In this document: piece by piece, positions 39,318 to 47,680 of the stretch
How the letters are laid out: each line of letters starts with the position of its first letter
Numbering within the stretch: position 1 is the first letter of the stretch
NCBI GenBank assembly: GCA_944388755.1
Contig: CALXJY010000001.1
Span: forward strand, 14,687-78,686
DNA from: an uncultured Clostridia bacterium
Lineage (GTDB): Bacteria; Bacillota; Clostridia; TANB77; CAG-508
Direction of reading: 5' to 3'
Length of the DNA: 64,000 bases
The notes under the pieces: generated by a model
Told to the model about the DNA's origin: nothing
Databases searched by the model: none
Seen by the model: the letters and a program-made list of their open reading frames with translations, nothing else
Program-made: the position numbers and the translations under genes

Positions 39318-40328
39318 TTAAAAATATACATTTCCTCCAATATATGTTCCTGAATGTGTTCCAGCTGCTCTAAATGATAAATAATTATGGTTTCTTTTTC
39401 CATTTAATGCATCTGTAACAGCTTGTTTTACATATGATGGATAATTTCCATTTAGTTTTTTCTTCCAATGACTATCAATTGAATAACAGAATTGTCCTTT
39501 TGCTTTATATTGGCTTAATGGATCTTTTCCATTTCTTCTCCATTTACTGCTTTCTGCTCTATTACATGCAGTTGTAATTACTGCTAAAGCTCCTGTATAA
39601 CTTGAACCTGACTCTTGTGCTGTAATAGCACATAATAAATCTAAATCACTTGCAGAATATGACCATTTACCTCCGCCATATGATACTGCAGATGTTCTTG
39701 ATTTTGAACTTCCTCTAGATGTTACAACTTTTTTATTTACTTGTACAATCTTATCTACAGGTTCTTTAATAATTGTTTCTGATAATACAGTTTTTTCAAT
39801 CTCTACATCATTTTGGTATTTTACTTTATAAGTTACTTCTTTTAGTCCTTCTTGACCTTCTTGTAATACTTTGTTTTCAACATTTGAATCTGTTCCTGCT
39901 GTATTTTTTGTTACAGTTTCAAATGGTATTGCAACTTGTTCTACTATTATTTTTTCTGTAATTGGTGAATAATTTTCCATTAATTCATCCAAAGATGTTT
40001 GTACACCTTGTTCAGATACTTCAGCAATTTTAACTTCATTATATGATTTATCTGTAATTTTAATTACTGAACCTGATGATATTTTTTCATCAAGACCAAC
40101 TGATGTCTTTTGTGTATCTTCTAAAACGATATGATTTTCATCTAACACTTCTCTTACTGTTTGTTTTGATGTTAATGCTGTAAGTTCATAACCATTTTGT
40201 AATATAATTCTTACATCTGTTAAGTTTGTATTAACCGCTAAAACACTAATTCCTGATATCAATATTAAGATAATTGCAACACATATAATCTTAATAATAG
40301 ACAGTGAAGCGTTTTCTTTGTTTTTCAT
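39318..40328 (-). CDS. YabE-like membrane-anchored cell-wall protein: DUF348 + G5 + SleB/CwlJ-type (Hydrolase_2) domain
   Basis: N-terminal TM anchor and a DUF348-like module (VRIILQNGYELTALTSKQTVREVL). G5-like module (VEQVAIPFETV...VLQEGQEGLKEVTYKVKYQNDVEI). The C-terminus DLDLLCAITAQESGSSYTGALAVITTACNR...GQF fits the SleB-type hydrolase pattern. Sits downstream of tatD as in firmicute yabD-yabE synteny. Confidence 0.7.
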   Translation of the reverse strand: MKNKENASLSIIKIICVAIILILISGISVLAVNTNLTDVRIILQNGYELTALTSKQTVREVLDENHIVLEDTQKTSVGLDEKISSGSVIKITDKSYNEVKIAEVSEQGVQTSLDELMENYSPITEKIIVEQVAIPFETVTKNTAGTDSNVENKVLQEGQEGLKEVTYKVKYQNDVEIEKTVLSETIIKEPVDKIVQVNKKVVTSRGSSKSRTSAVSYGGGKWSYSASDLDLLCAITAQESGSSYTGALAVITTACNRAESSKWRRNGKDPLSQYKAKGQFCYSIDSHWKKKLNGNYPSYVKQAVTDALNGKRNHNYLSFRAAGTHSGTYIGGNVYF

Positions 40329-40471
40329 ATTATTTTCTTACCTCCTTTGGCAATACGTACCTATTATACCATTTTTATCTTATTTTGTCAAATTTTGAGT
40401 TTTTATGGCTTGTATTCATCTTGTCCGTAGGCTTCTAATAATATTATATGATTTAGATATTTAAAATATGA

Positions 40472-41275
40472 CTACATATTTATTTCAAAAATTCTACAAG
40501 TATTCTCAAATGTAATATTTGCTATCTCTTCTATAGTCATATTTTTAACATTTGCAATTTTTTGCGCAATATATTTAACATTTCTAGGATCATTTCTTGT
40601 ACCACGTACTGGTTCAGGTGCTAAATAAGGACTATCTGTTTCTATTAAAATTTTATCATTTGGAACTAAATTTATAATTTCCTCTGCATTTTTTGAATTT
40701 TTAAATGTAATAGGTCCTGCAAATGATATGTAAAATCCTAGCTTTAAACCTTCCTTTATAAGTTCTCTATTTTGTGGACAACAATGGAAAACCCCTTTTT
40801 TATGTACATCATACTTTTTTAATATTTCTAATGTATCCATAACTGCATCTCTTGTATGTATTACAATAGGCAATTCTAGCTTATTTGCCAACTCTATTTG
40901 ACTAATAAAAGCTTCTCTTTGCAGTTTTCTCATATCCTCATTTTTTTCCCAATAATAATCTAACCCAATTTCTCCTATTGCAACAATTTTTTTAGGACTA
41001 TCCTTTTCTATAATTTTCTCAATTTCATGGATATCTTTCCACAATTCCTCCTCTTTTTGTGGATTATCAGGCATATCATTTGGAGATATTCCAACAATAG
41101 CATAAATAAACTGATATTCTTTAGCAAGTTTCACAGCTGATTTTGAGCTTTCTAAATTATAACCTGCAGTAATAAAATGTGTAACATCTGTTTTACTTAT
41201 TTCATCTATCAACTTTTTTCTATCAATATTAAATTTTTCATCATTTAAATGTGAATGGCTGTCAAAAAACCTCAT
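40472..41275 (-). CDS. tatD: TatD family metal-dependent hydrolase (YabD)
   Basis: MRFFDSHSHLND..., with EIGLDYYW, HTRDA, FHCC and ETDSPYL motifs. The start is most likely the ATG at 41275, preceded by GAAAGG. Confidence 0.9.
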   Translation of the reverse strand: MRFFDSHSHLNDEKFNIDRKKLIDEISKTDVTHFITAGYNLESSKSAVKLAKEYQFIYAIVGISPNDMPDNPQKEEELWKDIHEIEKIIEKDSPKKIVAIGEIGLDYYWEKNEDMRKLQREAFISQIELANKLELPIVIHTRDAVMDTLEILKKYDVHKKGVFHCCPQNRELIKEGLKLGFYISFAGPITFKNSKNAEEIINLVPNDKILIETDSPYLAPEPVRGTRNDPRNVKYIAQKIANVKNMTIEEIANITFENTCRIFEINM

Positions 41276-41298
41276 CTTAATCTTTACCTTTCTTTTTA

Positions 41299-41682
41299 TT
41301 ACCACAATTCATTTTGTAATATTACTACATTTGCTGTTGCATATTTTTTACAATGAGATATACTTATATCTATACTTTCAAATAATTCTTGATTTATCCC
41401 ATATAAGTTTATATATGGCTTACCTTGCTCATTATTACATACCTCAATATCTTTCCATGTAATTGAATATTTATCTTTTAAATTTGATGATACTGCCTTA
41501 AATACCGCTTCTTTTGCTGTAAATCTAGCAGCATAATGTTGATATTTTTGATTATTTTTACTTTCGCAATACTTAATCTCATTTTCAGTAAAAACCCTAT
41601 TTAAAAAAGCATCTCCAAGATTTTCTATAGACTGTTTTATTCTATCAATTTCAATTATATCTGTTCCACAACTTATTTTCAT
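41299..41682 (-). CDS. acpS: holo-[acyl-carrier-protein] synthase
   Basis: MKISCGTDIIEIDRI...FTENEIKYC...ARFTAKEAVFKA...SISHC. AcpS-family motifs, ~127 aa from the ATG at 41682. Confidence 0.85.
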   Translation of the reverse strand: MKISCGTDIIEIDRIKQSIENLGDAFLNRVFTENEIKYCESKNNQKYQHYAARFTAKEAVFKAVSSNLKDKYSITWKDIEVCNNEQGKPYINLYGINQELFESIDISISHCKKYATANVVILQNELW

Positions 41683-41705
41683 TTCTAAAATCATTCCCTT
41701 CAAAA

Positions 41706-42929
41706 TTATAAAATTCTAAAATAATTCAGAACATTAAATATTAATGCAAGTGTAAGTACACATATTAGACATATCATAATCTTAGAGTTAACTTCAATTT
41801 TCATTTCTTTATATAAAACATCATATTGGTTTTTAACTTCCATATATAGATGATCAATATCTAATTTTTTAAAAATTTGATAATCAAGCCAAGAACCGAC
41901 CTCATCATCAGTAGTCTCTTGTGTCCATACCTCTTTCGTAAATTGTGCAAACTTTTTTCTAGCACTAGACCAATCCTGAAGTCTTGAAAAATCTAGACTT
42001 AGTTTCTTTAAATAAATTTTTTTATATAAATTTAAAATATATGTATATAAATAAATTGTCTCAAAATTATTTGGCAAAATAGTATAATTATACATATCTG
42101 CATCAGATGTAAATAATACAACACCTTGTTTTGATACTCCAAGTCTTGCATATTTCCACTTTGAACATGTAAATACTTCATCTGTCTTGTATTCAACACT
42201 ATTATCTGCAGAAAAAAAATTTGAAAATTTAATATACATATTTTCTACATTTTCAAAATTTTTGTTTGTTCCCCATGTTTGTTGATCTATACAAACATAT
42301 GAATAACTCAAAAATCTCTGAGTATCTAAGTCTAATTTCATGGCCTCTATCTTTGAAGAAGTTATATTTTCTATAAAATCAGTTAATTCAGTAACACTCG
42401 AAAATAAATCTGTTTGCAAATGAATATTTTTATAATCTGTAACAAATTCATTATCTCTTTGTATATCTCTAAACCTGTAATTAAAATTTAGTACATCTGC
42501 AAATTCATCTGTATTCTCCACATTTGTCTTCATAAGTAAAAAACAAATTCCTGTTTTAAAACAAACTAACTCAATTTTTTGTATTTTAAAAAATATACTA
42601 TTTTCAATAGCTTTTCCCTGTACATCTTTAGGCATACAATATTCAAAAATTGTGCAAGGATATTCACTTAAAATCGCAGACTTTGTTTCTATTGGCAAAC
42701 TTTCTAATTTGTTTAACTTATTTGTTGAAAAATCAAAACTAGAAAATAAGAATTTACTTACCTTTGGCAAAAAATATTGATATAACCCCAAGTCTTTTTC
42801 TTTTTGAAATATCTTTAGAGAAATCTTGTCATTTCTTAGCAATTTCATAATATATTTTTTATATTTTTCTTCTTTAACAATAAACGGATGTATAAAATAC
42901 GAATATTGATATTTTATCTTTTGTCCCAT
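41706..42929 (-). CDS. hypothetical 407-aa protein with C-terminal TM helix
   Basis: Intact ORF with RBS, tightly packed between the WG-repeat gene (20-nt gap) and acpS. One C-terminal hydrophobic helix (IMICLICVLTLALIFNVLNYF). No family motif recognised. Confidence 0.55.
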   Translation of the reverse strand: MGQKIKYQYSYFIHPFIVKEEKYKKYIMKLLRNDKISLKIFQKEKDLGLYQYFLPKVSKFLFSSFDFSTNKLNKLESLPIETKSAILSEYPCTIFEYCMPKDVQGKAIENSIFFKIQKIELVCFKTGICFLLMKTNVENTDEFADVLNFNYRFRDIQRDNEFVTDYKNIHLQTDLFSSVTELTDFIENITSSKIEAMKLDLDTQRFLSYSYVCIDQQTWGTNKNFENVENMYIKFSNFFSADNSVEYKTDEVFTCSKWKYARLGVSKQGVVLFTSDADMYNYTILPNNFETIYLYTYILNLYKKIYLKKLSLDFSRLQDWSSARKKFAQFTKEVWTQETTDDEVGSWLDYQIFKKLDIDHLYMEVKNQYDVLYKEMKIEVNSKIMICLICVLTLALIFNVLNYFRIL

Positions 42930-42949
42930 ATTACCACTCTTTCTACAAA

Positions 42950-44476
42950 TTATATTTGATTATAATAATTCATATAAATATCTTCTCCTAAGTGCCATCT
43001 TCCAATAAAGTCAACTATTAAATAATTTTCTAAATCATATACTGGTTCTTGAATAACTTTACCTGTACTATCTATTACTCCCCATCTTCCATCTTTTTTT
43101 ATTCCTGCAAATCCATAAGAATTTTGCTCTGTCACATCATCATATTCACATTTAACTATCTCTTTACCATCTTTATCAACAAATCCATATTTTCCATCTT
43201 GTTTATTAATAAATAATGTATTATTTGTAAATATATCTGATTCTTTCTTTTCTTCAAAATTAAAATTATAATATTTATTTTGATCATCTATTTTCATTTT
43301 TATATATGTTTTATCTACATTAAAATCAAGTAGAATTCCTGACAATTTTACCTCATAATTTCCATTCAAAATATCTGTCTCAAAATTCTCTTTTTCAGCT
43401 ATGTACATATCTGCAGTTTCTTGATATAAAATATCTATATAATCTTGATTAATTTTTTTATTTCCTTGCATATCAATTATAGAATATTTATTATCTTTTT
43501 TACTTATTAATATATCTGTTTTTGCTTCTTTTAAATCATCATATTCAGGTTTTAGTACTATCTCTCCAGTTAAACTCATTACTCCATACTTATTTTTTAA
43601 TTTAAAGATTACACCTGCATCTTGTGATTTCAATATCGATGTAATTTCGTCAAATCCGGTAGATATAAGTGTTTCTCCATCTTTATTTATAAGCTTGTCT
43701 GTATTTGATTCTTTTACAACATATCTATCATTACCATAAACTTTATAAATTTCATCATATTTACACTCTAGCACATTCTTTGCTGAATAGTCTACTATTC
43801 CATATTTTCCTGATTCATCTCTTACTATATAACCTGATTTGTTATCTTCTCCTAAGTTTGTAATATCTACATATTTAGGTTCTATAATTATTTTACCATC
43901 ATTTCCAGCTATTCCATATTTTCCATCTTTTTTAATCCTTAAAGCATTCTTTATGCCTAATATTGGCACTATTTCTTCGTATTCTATATTTAATAATTGT
44001 TTTCCTGTTAAATCTATAGTTCCATATTTTCCATCTTTTTGTATTTTTAATACATTTTCTTCATACCATAAACTATTATTATCTTTATTTTGAATAGCCT
44101 CTATATTATCATATTGTGTAAATATTTCTTCGTTTTTACTATTTAATGCCTTAGTTTTATACTCTCCTGTTTCATAATTAACATCATATGTACATAGAAA
44201 AACGTCTGTTTTTTCATCAGGCACAATTATCATTTCTTGATATGATGGGTCTATTACTGTATCACCATTTGAATCTATTACACCCCATTTATTATCTTTA
44301 TAAGATGCAAAATAATTTTTTACTGTTAATTTATTTGATGTTTTATCTTTTGAGGAAAATGCTCCTGTTATTATATAAATAAACATTATAATAACTATTA
44401 AAGCAATTATTACTGCAAATACTTTTTTCATGTTTAATTTAGGCTGTGTTGCCTCATATCTTTTTCCCTTGCTCAT
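42950..44476 (-). CDS. membrane-anchored WG-repeat (KWG) protein
   Basis: N-terminal TM anchor followed by ~9 repeats of the form KDGKYG(I/V/F)(I/V)D..GK.(I/V)(I/L)...Y(D/E)(D/E)I, e.g. KDNKWGVIDSNGDTVIDPSYQEM and KDGKYGTIDLTGKQLLNIEYEEI. GGAGG RBS. Confidence 0.8.
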   Translation of the reverse strand: MSKGKRYEATQPKLNMKKVFAVIIALIVIIMFIYIITGAFSSKDKTSNKLTVKNYFASYKDNKWGVIDSNGDTVIDPSYQEMIIVPDEKTDVFLCTYDVNYETGEYKTKALNSKNEEIFTQYDNIEAIQNKDNNSLWYEENVLKIQKDGKYGTIDLTGKQLLNIEYEEIVPILGIKNALRIKKDGKYGIAGNDGKIIIEPKYVDITNLGEDNKSGYIVRDESGKYGIVDYSAKNVLECKYDEIYKVYGNDRYVVKESNTDKLINKDGETLISTGFDEITSILKSQDAGVIFKLKNKYGVMSLTGEIVLKPEYDDLKEAKTDILISKKDNKYSIIDMQGNKKINQDYIDILYQETADMYIAEKENFETDILNGNYEVKLSGILLDFNVDKTYIKMKIDDQNKYYNFNFEEKKESDIFTNNTLFINKQDGKYGFVDKDGKEIVKCEYDDVTEQNSYGFAGIKKDGRWGVIDSTGKVIQEPVYDLENYLIVDFIGRWHLGEDIYMNYYNQI

Positions 44477-44553
44477 TTTATCCTCCTAATTTTTAATATG
44501 TTAATATTTTACTACATTTATTGATTTTTTGCAACCGAATTTTTTACTTAAAA

Positions 44554-44805
44554 ATTACAGTTCACATGTAATTTTAAATTATATTAAAAAAGAATTATAT
44601 ATTATATTGAATAAATTTGGAGTTTGATTGGAGTTTATTTAGAATTTCTTAAAGAATTTTACGGAAAGTGTTCAATATGAAATATTGGAAGGGAGCCGTA
44701 AAATTCTTGTTAGAAATTCTTAATAAATGTATTGAAACCGGAAAATTTATGAAATATAATATATAATTCTTTTAAGTAACTAATATTATACATGTGAACT
44801 GTAAT
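44554..44805. repeat. 252-bp long imperfect inverted repeat (~110-bp arms, ~30-nt loop) in the WG-repeat/spoIIE divergent intergenic region
   Basis: The left arm ATTACAGTTCACATGTAAT...AAGAATTATATATTATATT...TTAGAATTTCTTAAAGAATTTTACGG pairs with the right arm CCGTAAAATTCTTGTTAGAAATTCTTAA...AATATAATATATAATTCTT...ATTATACATGTGAACTGTAAT. The termini are 17/18-nt near-perfect inverted repeats. Confidence 0.8.
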
Positions 44806-45023
44806 ATGTATCTTACAAAAATCATCAAATTTCTTGCTTTTTTTTTAATTTTATAATACAATAAAAAAAATAAAAAGTAGAATGAAAAAAAATAAAAGGA
44901 AAAATATAAATTAATCATCACTTTTTGTAAAAAACTTTTTTAAAATAGCCTACTAGAAAAGACAAAAAATACATAAGACAAGTAGTAAAATAACACTGAA
45001 AAAAAGTTTTAGAGGTGGTAAGG

Positions 45024-47444
45024 ATGTTTCAAAATATAAGTGAGGAATATATAAAACAAAATACTGTAGCAAGAGAAAAGAAAAATAAGAAAATAAATAT
45101 CTTTTCAAATGTATTTTCATTACAATATGTTTTTTTATACATTGTTTCTTTTATGATATCAATGGTTGGAATAGATGGACAAGTCTCACCTTTTAGTATT
45201 AGTATGATGTCAGCATGTATGGGTAACTCAATTCCAATTTTAGGAATTATTATCACAGGTTGTATAGGAAATGCAATAAGTTTTGGAATAGAAGGTATTT
45301 TAACATATTTACTTATTTCTTTAGTTCTTGTAACTATAGTATTTTTAATTAAGCCTATTTATCAAGGAGAAGAAAAAAACGAAAAAATACGTTTATCAAA
45401 ACATGTATTTTTTGCAACAATCATCATCCAGTTAGCTAGAATTGGATTAGGTGGATTTACAATATATGATATATTATCAATAATTTCATTTGCGATGATT
45501 GCAGTAGTTTTTTATAAAATATTTGTGAATTCAATAAATGTATTTTTAGGAATAGGTGAAAATAGAGCATTTTCAATAGAAGAAGTTTTAGGAGCAAGTA
45601 TTCTTTTGGCAATCAGTATAAACTGTTTTGGAAATTTGCAAATTTTTGGATTTTCAATTAGAAACATATTGTGTATTTTAATAGTACTTATATTAGGATG
45701 GAAAAACGGAGTTTTAGTTGGAACAACAGCAGGTGTTACAATTGGAGTAGTAATAGGTGTAATAACTTCATCAGATCCACTAATGGTTGGTACATATGCA
45801 ATATCAGGTATGCTTGCTGGAATATTGAATCGTTTTGGCAAACTAGGTGTAGTAATAGGATTTTGTTTAGGAAATGTTTTACTTGCATATGTGTCTAATG
45901 GTTATACAGTAGAACTTATATATTTTAAAGAAATATTAATTGCATCAATCGGTTTATTTGCAGTACCTAAATCTATTCAAATAAATATAGAAGAATTTAT
46001 GGGAAATTCAAAATTATTGCCTTCATATCAAGATAGAGCTTTAAACCAAACTAAAGAGACTGCTGAAAAATTAAATAATGTTTCAGACACAATAGTCCAA
46101 ATGGCAAATGCTTATGATGAGCAAGTTGATGAAGAAACTGCAAAAGAAAATAATAAGCAAATATTTATAACTGAATTATTAGACAATTTAAGAGGCTATG
46201 AACAAAATATGTTATATGACGATTTAGCTGATTCAAATGGTAAAATTGATGATGAAATTTTTAATACATTACTTGATAAACAAAAAATAGAAAGACAAGA
46301 TTTATTAAAAATATTTGCTAATTGTAATAGTTATATTATTGGCTTTGAAGATAGACAGATAAGCGAATTTTTAGAAGAAAACATAACACAAATGTTAAGA
46401 GTTATAAACATGTCTTATAAAATTAGTAAATCTAGTTTTATATGGCAAAAAAAGATGGAAGAAAAAAACAAAAATATGAAACGTCAATTAAATGGTGTTT
46501 CAAAAGCAATATCAAATTTGGCTAATGACATACAAAATGATGTATTATCTAATAAAGAATATGACAAGCAAAAAACTGAAATAATAGAGTTATTAAAGCA
46601 AAAAGAAATTGAATTGCAAGAAATTTCAATAAAAAAACAGGAAAGATTTTTAATTGAAATTTACCTAGAAAATATGTATAAAAATAAAATTGAGACTATT
46701 GAGAAAATATTATCAGATGTATTAGAAGAAAAAATAGTTCTTAATGATGAAATTAGTTTAGGAAACAGACTTCAATTTTTATCAGATGATAAATATGTAA
46801 TGGCAATAGGCACAGCAGAAAGTACTAAAAGCAAAAGTAGCATTTCAGGAGATAGTGTATTAAACATTAGATTAAAAGATGGAAAATATCTTATAGCTAT
46901 TAGTGATGGTATGGGTTCAGGTAAAGATGCCAAAGCAAGCAGTATGTCTGCATTAAAAATGCTTGAAAATTTATTACTTTCAGGTTTTAATAAGCAAGAA
47001 TCTTTAGAACTAATAAATACAAGTTTATTAAATCGCAATAAAGAAGTTTTTGCAACTTTAGATATTGCAATAATTGATTTATATAAAGGAACAATTGAAT
47101 TTATAAAAAGTGGTGCATGTCCTACATATATAAAAAATGGAAATAAGGTTCAGATTATTAAAGCAAATTCATTACCTACTGGAATTGTTCCAAATAGTTT
47201 AGTACAAGTATATGATAAAGATATTAATAGTTCAGATATAATGCTTATGTGCTCAGATGGAGTATTAGATTCTAATGTAGAATATAAAAACAAAGAATTA
47301 TGGCTACGCTATATTTTAGAAGATATAGAAACTACAAATACTAAAAAAATTGCTGATTTAATCTTAAATGAAGCTATTGATAATAATTTTGGTATTTCCA
47401 AAGATGATATGAGTATAATCGTATGTAAATTCATGAAAAAATAA
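45024..47444 (+). CDS. spoIIE: stage II sporulation protein E (membrane PP2C phosphatase)
   Basis: ~320-aa N-terminal region with ~10 hydrophobic segments and a central linker. C-terminal PP2C/SpoIIE domain (ISGDSVLNIRLKDGKYLIAISDGMGSGKDA...MCSDGVLD...DDMSIIV). The ATG at 45024 follows AGAGGTGG; the ORF-track start at 45015 is a GTG. Confidence 0.9.
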   Translation: MFQNISEEYIKQNTVAREKKNKKINIFSNVFSLQYVFLYIVSFMISMVGIDGQVSPFSISMMSACMGNSIPILGIIITGCIGNAISFGIEGILTYLLISLVLVTIVFLIKPIYQGEEKNEKIRLSKHVFFATIIIQLARIGLGGFTIYDILSIISFAMIAVVFYKIFVNSINVFLGIGENRAFSIEEVLGASILLAISINCFGNLQIFGFSIRNILCILIVLILGWKNGVLVGTTAGVTIGVVIGVITSSDPLMVGTYAISGMLAGILNRFGKLGVVIGFCLGNVLLAYVSNGYTVELIYFKEILIASIGLFAVPKSIQINIEEFMGNSKLLPSYQDRALNQTKETAEKLNNVSDTIVQMANAYDEQVDEETAKENNKQIFITELLDNLRGYEQNMLYDDLADSNGKIDDEIFNTLLDKQKIERQDLLKIFANCNSYIIGFEDRQISEFLEENITQMLRVINMSYKISKSSFIWQKKMEEKNKNMKRQLNGVSKAISNLANDIQNDVLSNKEYDKQKTEIIELLKQKEIELQEISIKKQERFLIEIYLENMYKNKIETIEKILSDVLEEKIVLNDEISLGNRLQFLSDDKYVMAIGTAESTKSKSSISGDSVLNIRLKDGKYLIAISDGMGSGKDAKASSMSALKMLENLLLSGFNKQESLELINTSLLNRNKEVFATLDIAIIDLYKGTIEFIKSGACPTYIKNGNKVQIIKANSLPTGIVPNSLVQVYDKDINSSDIMLMCSDGVLDSNVEYKNKELWLRYILEDIETTNTKKIADLILNEAIDNNFGISKDDMSIIVCKFMKK

Positions 47445-47448
47445 GTAA

Positions 47449-47540
47449 ATTAAGAAAATCAGTATGACTTTCTTTTGAAAATAAAATTTTATTTTCACAT
47501 TACGTTGTGTAACTTAAAGTTTCATATTATTTCCTAATAG
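47449..47540. repeat. Palindromic repeat family A, long form (core split by a ~60-bp insert), copy 1
   Basis: ATTAAGAAAATCAGTATGACTTTC-[TTTTGAAAATAAAATTTTATTTTCACATTACGTTGTGTAACTTAAAGTTTCATATTATTT]-CCTAATAG. By hand count, ~7 mismatches to 57999-58095 over ~95 nt. Begins 5 nt after the spoIIE stop. Confidence 0.8.
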
Positions 47541-47549
47541 ATAAAATAC

Positions 47550-47594
47550 AAATAGGGATTTTTGATAATCACATGATTTCAAAAATCCCTATTT
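47550..47594. terminator. perfect 16-bp hairpin between convergent spoIIE and the adhesin operon (terminator, best for the minus transcript)
   Basis: AAATAGGGATTTTTGA-13-nt loop-TCAAAAATCCCTATTT. The minus-strand RNA continues UUUGUAUUUUA. Confidence 0.65.
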
Positions 47595-47680
47595 GAGTTG
47601 TTAAACCTATTGTATCCAGTGTCTATACTGGAAAGCTATATCAGCTTTCCCAATATAGAACTTATACATTTTTAATTATA

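Noticed and set aside
44677-44766. 29-aa ORF (MKYWKGAVKFLLEILNKCIETGKFMKYNI) starting in the loop of the 252-bp inverted repeat.
   Set aside because: It has a weak RBS (GGAAAG at suboptimal spacing) and no recognisable family, and it is composed largely of one arm of the palindrome. It is probably fortuitous.
44955-44985. Two AAGACAA motifs upstream of spoIIE as Spo0A boxes.
   Set aside because: They match only 4-5 of the 7 positions of TGTCGAA/TTCGACA and lack the central CG. That is not distinguishable from background in AT-rich DNA.
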